The notes below the pieces were generated by a model that was not told the DNA's origin, did not search any database, and saw nothing but the letters and a program-made list of their open reading frames with translations. Positions 6,731-15,405 of a stretch of 44,171 bases of DNA are shown here, piece by piece. Every line of letters starts with the position of its first letter. Within the stretch, counting starts at the first letter, position 1. The translations under genes were made by a program, and so were the position numbers. The stretch is from an uncultured Anaerolineaceae bacterium (GTDB taxonomy: Bacteria > Chloroflexota > Dehalococcoidia > Tepidiformales > Tepidiformaceae). The stretch spans positions 1-44,171 of the forward strand of contig CAZQCR010000001.1 of the NCBI GenBank assembly GCA_964591745.1, in the 5' to 3' direction.

Positions 6731-8224
6731 CTATCGCATCATCCGCTGGCGGCCGAACTGCTTCCAGACGGCTGTGCTGGCGCCGTTCGACTCCGCTGGC
6801 GCCGCGGCCGGGGCCGGGGCGGCCCGCTTTTCGCCGAGGACCATCGCAGCAACGATTGCGGCGACGGCTTCGCGTTCGAGCCCGCCACCGCCATCACGCC
6901 AGGCGAAGAACTCCCGCGCGACCTGTGGGAACATCACGAAGCTCAAGACGTCGTCGAGGTTCTTCGCAGTGTCGCCGATCTCCGCCGTCGCCGCCGCCAT
7001 CTCCGGCGCCAGGTCGTCGGCCGGCCGGTGCTCGATCGTCGGTTCGTCCCCGAGAATGATCTTCAACACTTCCGGGGTGATCGGCTGGCCGGTCTTGCCG
7101 TAGAGCCCCTTGGCCAGGTTCTTCGTCTCGCGGGTGACGTTCTTGTACCGTTCGCCCATCAGTACGTTGAGCACGGCCTGCGTGCCGACTATCTGCGAAC
7201 TCGGCGTGACCAGCGGCGGGAAGCCGAGGTCTTCACGCACGCGGGCGTTCTCCGCCAGCACCAGCGGCAGTTTCGCCTCCGCTCCCTGGTCCCGCAGCTG
7301 CCCCACGAGGTTCGAGATCATCCCGCCCGGGACCTGGTGGGCGAGTACGCCCGAGTCGATGCCGAGAAGGCCGCTTTCGAACTTCCAGTACTTCTTGCGG
7401 ATGCTCTTGAAGTGCTCGGCGATGGAGGCCAGCGGTTCCAGGGTCATCCCCGTCTGGAACTCGTCGTATTCGTTCAGGCCGGCGACCAGCGTCTCGGTCG
7501 CGGGGTGCGATGTGCCACCGGCGAGCGAACTGATCGCGCAGTCGATGACGTTCGCCCCGGCCTTGAGCGCCTCAAGGTAGGCCATCTCGCTGTAGCCGGA
7601 GGTGTCGTGACAGTGCATCTGGATCAGGATCTCCGGGTGCTTCGCGCGGATCGTCCGCACCAGCTTTCCGGAGGCGGCGGGGCTCAGGATGCCCGACATG
7701 TCCTTGATGCAGAGCGAATGCGCCCCCATCGCGACCATCTTGTCGGCCAGGTCAGCAAAGCCCTGGATCGTGTGAACGGGGCTGGTCGTGTAACAGATGG
7801 CGCCCTGGATGTGGCCGCCCGCCTTCTTCACTGCGTCGAACGGGACTTCGAGGTTCCGAAGGTCGTTCAGCGCGTCGAAGATGCGGAAGATGTCCATGCC
7901 GTTCTGCACGCTGCGGTCGGCGAAGGCGTAGAGCACGTCGTCGGCGTAGTGGCGGTAGCCCACCGCGTTCTGGCCGCGGAGGAGCATCTGCGTCGGTGTG
8001 TGCTTGAGCCGAGACTTGATCTCGCGAAGGCGCTCCCACGGGTCTTCCTTGAGGAAGCGAAGGGAGGTATCGAAGGTCGCTCCGCCCCAGCACTCGATGG
8101 CGTGGTATCCCGCCGCGTCCATCGCTTCGAGCGCGGGGAGCATGTCTTCGGTACGCATCCGCGTGGCGAGTAGCGACTGATGGCCATCGCGGATGGCCGT
8201 CTCCATAATGCCGACTTTCGTCAT
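6731..8224 (-). CDS. carboxyltransferase (5S / PycB / OadA-alpha type) lacking a fused biotinyl domain
   Basis: TAIRDGHQSLLATRM, WGGATFD, CIKDMSGIL and HCHDTSG (metal and carbamylated-Lys site motifs of the pyruvate carboxyltransferase family). The C-terminus ends in a Pro/Ala linker, AAPAPAAAPA. The ATG at 8224 is preferred over the TTG at 8227. Confidence 0.92.
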   Translation of the reverse strand: MTKVGIMETAIRDGHQSLLATRMRTEDMLPALEAMDAAGYHAIECWGGATFDTSLRFLKEDPWERLREIKSRLKHTPTQMLLRGQNAVGYRHYADDVLYAFADRSVQNGMDIFRIFDALNDLRNLEVPFDAVKKAGGHIQGAICYTTSPVHTIQGFADLADKMVAMGAHSLCIKDMSGILSPAASGKLVRTIRAKHPEILIQMHCHDTSGYSEMAYLEALKAGANVIDCAISSLAGGTSHPATETLVAGLNEYDEFQTGMTLEPLASIAEHFKSIRKKYWKFESGLLGIDSGVLAHQVPGGMISNLVGQLRDQGAEAKLPLVLAENARVREDLGFPPLVTPSSQIVGTQAVLNVLMGERYKNVTRETKNLAKGLYGKTGQPITPEVLKIILGDEPTIEHRPADDLAPEMAAATAEIGDTAKNLDDVLSFVMFPQVAREFFAWRDGGGGLEREAVAAIVAAMVLGEKRAAPAPAAAPAESNGASTAVWKQFGRQRMMR

Positions 8225-8394
8225 CAAAACCTGTCCGTCGGGGAGGGTATGAGGCCCGCTCTACGGCCCCCGGCCCGTGACTTCAGGCTAACACGGCGCC
8301 ATCTAACGGCGAACGGCGTCTGTGGCGCGGCCGTTCAGCGGCCCGACCGTCAGGGAGGGCATGGGTACTGCGTCCCCACCGGCCGCCGTCCGCG

Positions 8395-9375
8395 TCAGTC
8401 CAGCGGCGGCGCGTCTTCCAGGGCACGCACTTCTTCGGCCAGCTCGTGTCCGGGGATCGTCGCCGTCGCCGCCAGGACTGCCTGGAACGAGGCGATCGCC
8501 ACTTCGATGTGGCTGTCGTCTGGCACCTTCGTCGTGAGGCCCTGGAGCAGGATGTTGGGGACGAACATCGCGCGCACCAGCGCCAGGTGTTCGAAGCGCG
8601 CCCCGAAGCGCAGGATCTCGTAGCTCACGCCCGCGATCGCCGGAATGAAGACGATCCGCGAGGCGGTGCGAATCAGCAGCCCCTCATCGACCAGGACATC
8701 GAACACGAAGAAGGTCACGAGGGCGACCATGATGACGACGAGCAGGAAGCTTGTGCCGCAGCGCTGGTGCTCCTTGGCGAACTTTCGCACCTCGGCCGGG
8801 ACCAACGTCTTGGCCGCCTCGTAGGCGTGGATCGTCATGTGTTCGGCGCCGTGGTACTGGAAGACGCGCCGGATTTCGCTGATTCGCCCGATCGCGGCGA
8901 TGTAGCCGACGAACAGGCCGAGGCGCAGGACCGTCTCGACGGCGACGATCGCCAGGCGGTTCCAGTCCAGCCGCTCCAGGAGGTTCGCCAGCAGGATCGG
9001 CCCGGCGAAGAAGATCCCGATGACGAAGAGGAAGGCGAAGATCATGCTGCCCCAGAAGGCCTTCTCCGGGAACGGCGTCGGCGTCCCGTCCTCTTTCTCC
9101 TCTTCCAGCGCCACGCGGGAAGAGAAGTTGAGCGCGCGCATGCCCAGGGCCATCGATTCGTAGAGCACGACCATGCCGCGGATGAGGGGGATGCGCCGGG
9201 CACGGCCGGTATAGAGGCTCCGCAGCCGCTCGGAGTGGATGATGATCTCGCCCTTTGGGTTCCGGACGGCGACCGCCATGTGCTCCGGGCCCCGGATCAT
9301 GACGCCTTCGATGACCGCCTGGCCGCCGTAGTAGACGTTGTGTTTCGGGTCTGGGGTGGCGCGGCGTTCGCTCAT
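8395..9375 (-). CDS. DUF1385 (YqhQ-like) membrane protein
   Basis: YYGGQAVIEGVMIRG, FQYHGAEHM and several hydrophobic helices. Sits in the usual position next to rpmE. AGGAG lies 10 nt upstream. Confidence 0.85.
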   Translation of the reverse strand: MSERRATPDPKHNVYYGGQAVIEGVMIRGPEHMAVAVRNPKGEIIIHSERLRSLYTGRARRIPLIRGMVVLYESMALGMRALNFSSRVALEEEKEDGTPTPFPEKAFWGSMIFAFLFVIGIFFAGPILLANLLERLDWNRLAIVAVETVLRLGLFVGYIAAIGRISEIRRVFQYHGAEHMTIHAYEAAKTLVPAEVRKFAKEHQRCGTSFLLVVIMVALVTFFVFDVLVDEGLLIRTASRIVFIPAIAGVSYEILRFGARFEHLALVRAMFVPNILLQGLTTKVPDDSHIEVAIASFQAVLAATATIPGHELAEEVRALEDAPPLD

Positions 9376-9453
9376 GAACCGTTGCTCCTGTGAAAGACAA
9401 AGGGCGCCGTGGTTGCGGCGCCCTTCGGTTCGGTTCGGTGCTGGCTGGCCGCC

Positions 9454-9657
9454 TTACCGGCGGTTGGCGAACTTGCGGTTGAAGCGCTCGACCCGGCCGG
9501 CCGTGTCGATGATGCGCTGTTCACCTGTGTAGAACGGGTGGCACACGCCACAGACATCGAGGTGCATGGCGGTTCGGGTCGATCGCGTGGTGAATTCGCT
9601 GCCGCAGGTGCAGCGAATGGTCGCTTCTTCGTACTTGGGATGGATGCTCGCCTTCAT
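9454..9657 (-). CDS. rpmE: 50S ribosomal protein L31 (Zn-ribbon type A)
   Basis: [26 protein letters not shown]. An internal ATG at 9657 with AGGAAGAAGGA upstream is preferred over the track start at 9684. Confidence 0.93.
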   Translation of the reverse strand: MKASIHPKYEEATIRCTCGSEFTTRSTRTAMHLDVCGVCHPFYTGEQRIIDTAGRVERFNRKFANRR

Positions 9658-9709
9658 GGGATTCCTTCTTCCTGGCCCGGCCAAAGTACCGGGCCGCTAT
9701 GGCGTTACG

Positions 9710-9979
9710 TCAGCTCGCGGCGGCGCTGGCGTAAACGCTGACCTTCTTCCGCCGCCCCTTGGCGAACGGTTCGAACTTCACCAGCCCATCGATGAGGGCG
9801 AAGATCGTGTAATCACGGCCCAGGCCAACGTTGTTGCCCGGGTGGAAGCGTGTGCCGTGCTGCCGGATGATGATCCCGCCCGGCCGCACCACCTGGCCGT
9901 CGGAGAGCTTCACGCCGAGCCGCTGGCCCTTGCTGTCGCGGCCGTTCTTGGAGCTGCTGACGCCTTTCTTATGAGCCAT
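9710..9979 (-). CDS. rpmA: 50S ribosomal protein L27
   Basis: [39 protein letters not shown]. Confidence 0.96.
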   Translation of the reverse strand: MAHKKGVSSSKNGRDSKGQRLGVKLSDGQVVRPGGIIIRQHGTRFHPGNNVGLGRDYTIFALIDGLVKFEPFAKGRRKKVSVYASAAAS

Positions 9980-9983
9980 TGCC

Positions 9984-10295
9984 TTATCCCTTCGTGATCG
10001 CTTCGACCACGAGCCGCGTCACGTGCTGGCGGTGGCCGAATGTGCGGCGGTACCGCACCTTGTTCTTGTACTTCATGAAACGGATCTTCGGTGCCTTGCC
10101 GTGCTGGGTGATCCGCGCCTTGAGCGAGGCTCCAGCGACGAGCGGCGCGCCGACTGTAACGTCCGCGCCATCGAGGAGCATCAGCACCTCGAACGTCACG
10201 CTTTCGCCGAGTGCTCCGTCGAGCGACCCGACTTCGAATTCCTGCCCCTCAACGAGGCGCATCTGGCGCCCGTCGGCGCGTACAATCGCTTCCAT
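9984..10295 (-). CDS. rplU: 50S ribosomal protein L21
   Basis: ..[31 protein letters not shown]. Lies 4 nt upstream of rpmA. Confidence 0.96.
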   Translation of the reverse strand: MEAIVRADGRQMRLVEGQEFEVGSLDGALGESVTFEVLMLLDGADVTVGAPLVAGASLKARITQHGKAPKIRFMKYKNKVRYRRTFGHRQHVTRLVVEAITKG

Positions 10296-10354
10296 TTATA
10301 ACTCCAGAAGATCGGTGGACAATCAACCAGTATGGGGGTCGGGTCGCGGGTCGG

Positions 10355-10720
10355 TCAATTCGCCTTCTCGGGGCCTCCCTCGACGAACGAGTCGAACCAG
10401 CGTTCCTGGAAGGCTACAGCCGCCGCGATCGAGGCTTCGTCCCACTCCCCGGAAAGGGCGACAATGAGCTTGTCTTCGATATCGTCCCGCCAGCGAACGA
10501 TAGCCACGACCGGTCCCTTGCAGCTCGGTAACGGCTCGGCCGCGCCGAGCACGTACGCGTCTATCGGTTCCCCGTCCGGCGCCATCGTGCCAGGCACGTA
10601 GCCGTAGTTCACCGGGTAGCGGGTATCCGGGTAGCGCCGGTGCGCGCTGCCCAGCGGCCTGTCGATCATGACCTCAACCGTGTGCCCGAGCCAGGAGGCC
10701 GCTACCAGGTTCGCGTCCAC
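10355..10720 (-). CDS. small inorganic-pyrophosphatase-like protein
   Basis: 121 aa with YPVNYGYVPGTMAPDGEPIDAYVLG, resembling the family I PPase Mg-binding segment (DGDPxD). Much shorter than canonical PPase. GTG start. Confidence 0.6.
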   Translation of the reverse strand: MDANLVAASWLGHTVEVMIDRPLGSAHRRYPDTRYPVNYGYVPGTMAPDGEPIDAYVLGAAEPLPSCKGPVVAIVRWRDDIEDKLIVALSGEWDEASIAAAVAFQERWFDSFVEGGPEKAN

Positions 10721-10744
10721 GAGTCACCACGCATCCTTCCATCC

Positions 10745-10778
10745 AAAAAGGGGCCGACCCGAAAATCGACCCCTTTTT
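10745..10778 (-). terminator. intrinsic terminator after ftsH (A/T tracts on both sides, so potentially bidirectional)
   Basis: Minus strand reads AAAAAGGGGTCGAttttcgggTCGGCCCCTTTTT, 26 nt after the ftsH stop. Confidence 0.7.
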
Positions 10779-10803
10779 GGTCTTGTTTAACGGTCCGCTT
10801 GGG

Positions 10804-12813
10804 CTAGGGCTTTCCGCCGTCGATTCGCGTCTGGTTCCCGCCTTCCCAGGCGAGCCCGCTTGCCGGCTTTGGCTCGAAGGACGTTGGTCGGCGTGCTTCG
10901 TCTATCAGGCGCGGTGTCGGCGGCTCGTCCTTCGGTGCCATATCGGATGGCGGCCAAGGCTCGTTCGGGTCGCTGTTGAGCATCCGCAGCAGGCTCTCGC
11001 CTTCCATCGTCTCCACTTCCATGAGGACGGTGGCAAGCTTGTCCAGCAGCTTCCGCCGCGTTGTCAGCACTTCGCGAGCCCGTTGCTGCGCTTCTTCGAT
11101 GAGCGAAGCGACTTCGTCGTCGATCTCTTCGGCGATCTTCTCGGAATAGTTCCGTGTCTCCGAGATCTCCCGCCCGAGGAAGACGAGTTCTTCCGAGCGG
11201 CCGAACGTCCGTGGCCCGAGCTTCTTGCTCATGCCCCAGCGCGTGACCATCGAACGCGCGATCCGGGTGACCTTTTCGATGTCGCTCGATGGGCCGGTGG
11301 AAGCTTCGCCGAAGATGATCTCCTCGGCGACATGGCCGCCGAGGGCCATCGCCATCATCGCCTTGTACATCTCCGGGGTGTGGTAGTTCGATTCTTCGTT
11401 CGGCAGAGACGAGGTGTACCCGCCGGCGTGACCGCGGGCGATGATCGTCACCTTGTGCACGAACGAGTCCTTCATCAGGACGTGCCCGACGATGGCGTGG
11501 CCGCCTTCGTGGAAGGCCGTGACCTTCTTCTCGAGCGCGGTGATTACCTTGCTCTTGCGCTCGGGCCCCATCGTCACGCGGTCGATGGCTTCCTCGAGCT
11601 CGTTCATGCTGATGATCTTCTTGTTGCGCCGGGCGGCGAGGATCGCCGCCTCGTTCACGAGGTTCGCGAGGTCCGCACCGCTGAAGCCCGGTGTCGCCTT
11701 TGCCAGGATGGCGAGGCGTACATCGTCCGAAAGGGGCTTGCCTTTCGAATGCACGTTCAGGATCGCCTCGCGGCCCTTCACATCTGGCGCATCGAGGATG
11801 ACCTTGCGGTCGAAGCGCCCGGGGCGAAGGAGTGCGGGGTCGAGGATGTCGGGGCGGTTCGTCGCCGCGATAACGATCACGTTGGTGCCCGTATCAAAGC
11901 CGTCCATCTCGACGAGGATCTGGTTCAGGGTCTGTTCGCGCTCATCGTGAGAACCGCCGAGACCGGCCCCGCGCTGGCGGCCGACGGCGTCGATTTCATC
12001 GACGAAGACGATGCAGGGCGCGTTCTTCTTGGCCTGGTCGAAGAGGTCACGCACGCGGCTCGCGCCAACGCCGACAAACATCTCAACGAACTCCGAGCCG
12101 GAGATGCTGAAGAACGGTACGCCCGCCTCACCCGCGACGGCGCGGGAGAGGAGCGTCTTGCCGGTACCTGGAGGGCCGACCAGCAGGACGCCCTTCGGGA
12201 TGCGCGCGCCGAGTGCGGCGAACTTCTCCGGGTACTTGAGGAACTCGACGACTTCCGCGAGCTCCTCCTTCGCTTCGTCGACGCCCGCGACGTCCTGGAA
12301 CGTGACGGTGACCTTGCTGCCCGTGAAGAGGCGCGCCCGGCTCTTCCCGAAGCTCATCGCCTGGGAATTCGAACCCTGCGCCTGGCGCATGATCAGCAGG
12401 AGGAAGAGGCCAAAAAGGAGGAACGGGAGTAGGTTGAGGAGAAGGCCAAGCCAGGGGCCGAAGCCGCCGCTCTCCTTATACTCGAGGTCCACGCCCGGGT
12501 TGCCCTGGCCGGCCTGCTTGAGGGCGATCTCTTCGTCAAGCAGGATCTTGCTCACGTCGGTGTTCTCGCCGACCTTCGAGGTGACGACCTTGTCCTTGTT
12601 CGTGTTGGTGACCTTCTCGTAGTAGGTCACCGTGAGGTTGCGCCCGTTGACCTCGATCTTTTTGACGAGACCGGCCTGAGCGTCGGTAAGCACCGTTCCG
12701 AAGCCGACCTTCGGGTGGTCGCTACCACCAGAGAAGAAGGCGAACCCGATCGCGATGACCGCGACGAGGATGAGCAGGTAGATGAAACTGTTTCGCAGCC
12801 AGCGGGAATACAA
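10804..12813 (-). CDS. ftsH: ATP-dependent zinc metalloprotease FtsH
   Basis: 669 aa. Two N-terminal TM segments, Walker [20 protein letters not shown] (Walker B/SRH region) and zinc motif HEGGHA. TTG start with TGGAG 9 nt upstream. Confidence 0.97.
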   Translation of the reverse strand: MYSRWLRNSFIYLLILVAVIAIGFAFFSGGSDHPKVGFGTVLTDAQAGLVKKIEVNGRNLTVTYYEKVTNTNKDKVVTSKVGENTDVSKILLDEEIALKQAGQGNPGVDLEYKESGGFGPWLGLLLNLLPFLLFGLFLLLIMRQAQGSNSQAMSFGKSRARLFTGSKVTVTFQDVAGVDEAKEELAEVVEFLKYPEKFAALGARIPKGVLLVGPPGTGKTLLSRAVAGEAGVPFFSISGSEFVEMFVGVGASRVRDLFDQAKKNAPCIVFVDEIDAVGRQRGAGLGGSHDEREQTLNQILVEMDGFDTGTNVIVIAATNRPDILDPALLRPGRFDRKVILDAPDVKGREAILNVHSKGKPLSDDVRLAILAKATPGFSGADLANLVNEAAILAARRNKKIISMNELEEAIDRVTMGPERKSKVITALEKKVTAFHEGGHAIVGHVLMKDSFVHKVTIIARGHAGGYTSSLPNEESNYHTPEMYKAMMAMALGGHVAEEIIFGEASTGPSSDIEKVTRIARSMVTRWGMSKKLGPRTFGRSEELVFLGREISETRNYSEKIAEEIDDEVASLIEEAQQRAREVLTTRRKLLDKLATVLMEVETMEGESLLRMLNSDPNEPWPPSDMAPKDEPPTPRLIDEARRPTSFEPKPASGLAWEGGNQTRIDGGKP

Positions 12814-13040
12814 TAGGATGCTCCATCGGCGGATAGTGAAAGTGGCTTGGAATCGAGTATAGCAGATGGTTTCCGGCTCGCTCGGCCCATGGTAAGCGGG
12901 CTTAATCGCTTTCGGGGTTTCCGCCCGGCCCTTTACGTACGCCCGCCTTCACACCCGAGCCGCCAACTCCGATGGCGGCGGTCTGCTAGGATCTCGTGGC
13001 CATTGCCGTAAGGCAGGCCCACTCTCTATCAGGATGCACC

Positions 13041-13691
13041 ATGAAGCTCGCTTTTGTCGGGGGTACCGGCCCCGAAGGACTTGGACTCGCCATGCGGATG
13101 GCCGCCGCCGGCCATGAAGTCGCCATCGGTTCGCGCTCCACCGAACGCGGCGAAGAGGGCGCCCAGAAGGTCCGTGAGGCCCTGCCCGCCGCCAAGACCT
13201 CGGGCGGCGCCAACGCTGACGTCATCCCTGATGCCGATGTCGTCTTTCTTACGTTCCCGTACAGCGGCCAACAGGCCACCCTCGAAGCGCTGGGAAGCGC
13301 CCTCGACGGCAAGATCGTCTGTAATGTCGTGGCCCCGCTCGAGTTCCAGCAGGGCGTGGGTGCGGTCGCCATGAACGTTCCCGGGAACAGCGCCCTCCAG
13401 GAGTCGATCGCCCAGCTTCCCAACGCCCGCATCGTCTCCGCCTTCCAGAACATGAGCGCTGAAGAACTCCAACACCTCGCCCATCCGATCGAATGCGACG
13501 TGCTCGTCTGCGGCCGTGACGTTGAGGCGAAACAGGTCGTCATCGGCCTCGCGAACGAGATCGCGGGTGTCCGCGGCATCGATGCCGGTGGCCCTTCCCA
13601 GAGCCGCTACGTCGAGATGCTCACTTCCCTCTTGATCAACATCAATCGCAAGCACAAAACGCAGAGCAGCATCAAGCTCGTCGGGCTCTAA
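13041..13691 (+). CDS. npdG: NADPH-dependent F420 reductase
   Basis: MKLAFVGGTGPEGLGLA Rossmann start; length and C-terminus are typical of Fno/NpdG. The ATG at 13041 with AGGA upstream is preferred over the GTG at 12996. Confidence 0.82.
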   Translation: MKLAFVGGTGPEGLGLAMRMAAAGHEVAIGSRSTERGEEGAQKVREALPAAKTSGGANADVIPDADVVFLTFPYSGQQATLEALGSALDGKIVCNVVAPLEFQQGVGAVAMNVPGNSALQESIAQLPNARIVSAFQNMSAEELQHLAHPIECDVLVCGRDVEAKQVVIGLANEIAGVRGIDAGGPSQSRYVEMLTSLLININRKHKTQSSIKLVGL

Positions 13692-13747
13692 GCCGCGAAG
13701 AGCTTCGCCGTCATTAACCTTCGCACGCTGGCCACGGAGGCATAGCC

Positions 13748-14500
13748 ATGACCGGACTCCAGATCTTCCCCGTCCCCGGGCTCCCCGAGATTACGAACGG
13801 CGCCGCACTCGTCGGCATGATCGTCGATGCCGCCACGGCCGCGGGCTCGCCCCTGGCCAGCGGCGACGTGGTCGTCGTCACCTCCAAGATCGTCTCCAAG
13901 GCCGAAGGACGCGTGGTCGAGTTGGCTTCGATCGAAGCGTCACCCTTCGCTCGCGCCTATGCCGAGAAGTGGGAGAAGCCGCCCGAGATCATCGAACTCG
14001 TGCTCCGCGAATCCCGCCGCATCGTCCGCCAGCTTGGCCCGGTCCTGATCACGGAGACCCACCACGGCTTCGTCTGCGCGAACAGCGGCATCGACCAGTC
14101 GAGTTCCGGTGGTCACGGCCTTGCCGTCCTTCTCCCTGTGGACCCGGACGCGAGCGCCGCGGGGATGCGCAGCGAGTTCCTCGCCCGCGGACTCGATGTC
14201 GTCGTCATCGTCTCCGACACCTTTGGCCGGCCCTGGCGGGAAGGCCAGACCGACATCGCCATCGGCATCGCCGGGATGAACCCGGTGCTCAGCTACATCG
14301 GACAGGTCGATCCGCACGGCCACGAATTCCGGGTCCAGGCGCTCTGCTCCGCCGATGAACTGGCCGGCGCCGCCGAACTGGTGAAGGGCAACATCAGCCG
14401 CGTTCCTGTGGCCGTCATTCGCGGCTATCCCTGGGAGCGGGACGACGAAGCGAACATGCGCAGCGTCATCCGCGAAAGCGAGCGCGACCTCTTCCGCTGA
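13748..14500 (+). CDS. cofE: coenzyme F420-0:L-glutamate ligase
   Basis: 250 aa. VTSKIVSKAEGR, HGFVCANSGIDQS and DTFGRPWREGQTDIAIG. GGAGG SD. Confidence 0.9.
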   Translation: MTGLQIFPVPGLPEITNGAALVGMIVDAATAAGSPLASGDVVVVTSKIVSKAEGRVVELASIEASPFARAYAEKWEKPPEIIELVLRESRRIVRQLGPVLITETHHGFVCANSGIDQSSSGGHGLAVLLPVDPDASAAGMRSEFLARGLDVVVIVSDTFGRPWREGQTDIAIGIAGMNPVLSYIGQVDPHGHEFRVQALCSADELAGAAELVKGNISRVPVAVIRGYPWERDDEANMRSVIRESERDLFR

Positions 14501-14513
14501 TGTGGCCGCTCCT

Positions 14514-14918
14514 TCAGGCTGGACGCTCGACGCGGACCACGGCCGCTCCCCTCCGGAGCTGCTCTTCGTCGAAAGTCACAAGGACGTCATCCAGCTCCTG
14601 CGCCAGGGCGACGTAGATCGAGTCGCACCCGCGGAGCCGGGTAGCCTGCGCGTTCGCGACCGCGCGAAGAACCAGGGCCATCGTCACGGGATAGAAGGTG
14701 ATTCTTCCCTGCTCAAGGGCGGCCCGGGCGAGCGTCACGGCATCCGCGTTGCCCACGACTCGCCAAAGGCTGGCGATCACTTCGGCCAGAAGGATGGAGG
14801 GGGCGTGGAGCGCGAGCCCTTCTCGTGCGGCGCTCTCGAACCAGGCGCGTGCGGGACCGTGGTGCACGTCTGACGGTACGAAGAGCGGAACGATGAGACT
14901 GGCATCAGGAATCGGCAC
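14514..14918 (-). CDS. vapC: PIN-domain ribonuclease toxin VapC
   Basis: 134 aa. Conserved acidic positions in IPDASLIV, ..CDSIYVALA.. and LVTFDEE. Sits 8 nt downstream of a small antitoxin-like ORF. Confidence 0.8.
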   Translation of the reverse strand: MPIPDASLIVPLFVPSDVHHGPARAWFESAAREGLALHAPSILLAEVIASLWRVVGNADAVTLARAALEQGRITFYPVTMALVLRAVANAQATRLRGCDSIYVALAQELDDVLVTFDEEQLRRGAAVVRVERPA

Positions 14919-14926
14919 GGCGCCCG

Positions 14927-15280
14927 TTACCGACGCTGCGCCGCGACGGCGTCCGCAGCCGAAACGCTCCTCGGCCAGACTTCTCCGATGGCGGTGGCCG
15001 CATCATCTATTCGGGCGAGCCACTGATCCCACGTTGGCCCGTCACCTGGAGGCCGCACGAAGAAGTCGTTCGCGGGCCCCGGCATATTTGCCACCTCGTC
15101 GATCGCCTTCAGGTCCTCCTCCAGCGTCGCCGCGTCGCGCTCGCGTGGGGTGGTCACTGGCGCGATGCGGGCGACCGCCTGACCGCCATCGGTGATCACG
15201 TACTCCTCGCGCTCGTCCCGCATCTCCCGCAGGATCTTCCCGGCGTCACTCGCGAACTCGTCCAGCGTCATCGTTCTCAT
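14927..15280 (-). CDS. antitoxin of the VapBC module (Phd/YefM-like N-terminus)
   Basis: 117 aa. N-terminal MTLDEFASDAGKILREMRDEREEYVITDGGQAVARIAP resembles Phd/YefM antitoxins. Positioned immediately upstream of the PIN gene. Confidence 0.65.
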   Translation of the reverse strand: MRTMTLDEFASDAGKILREMRDEREEYVITDGGQAVARIAPVTTPRERDAATLEEDLKAIDEVANMPGPANDFFVRPPGDGPTWDQWLARIDDAATAIGEVWPRSVSAADAVAAQRR

Positions 15281-15405
15281 ACGAGCAATGGTAACGCATT
15301 CCGTCCGGCTTGCGCCCCAACCGCCGGGCGGCTGACGCGCGGAATCCCTCTGAAACGTTTAGTATCCGCTCGAAATCGGTGCCCCGGCGGGCCTGGAGGC
15401 GAGGC

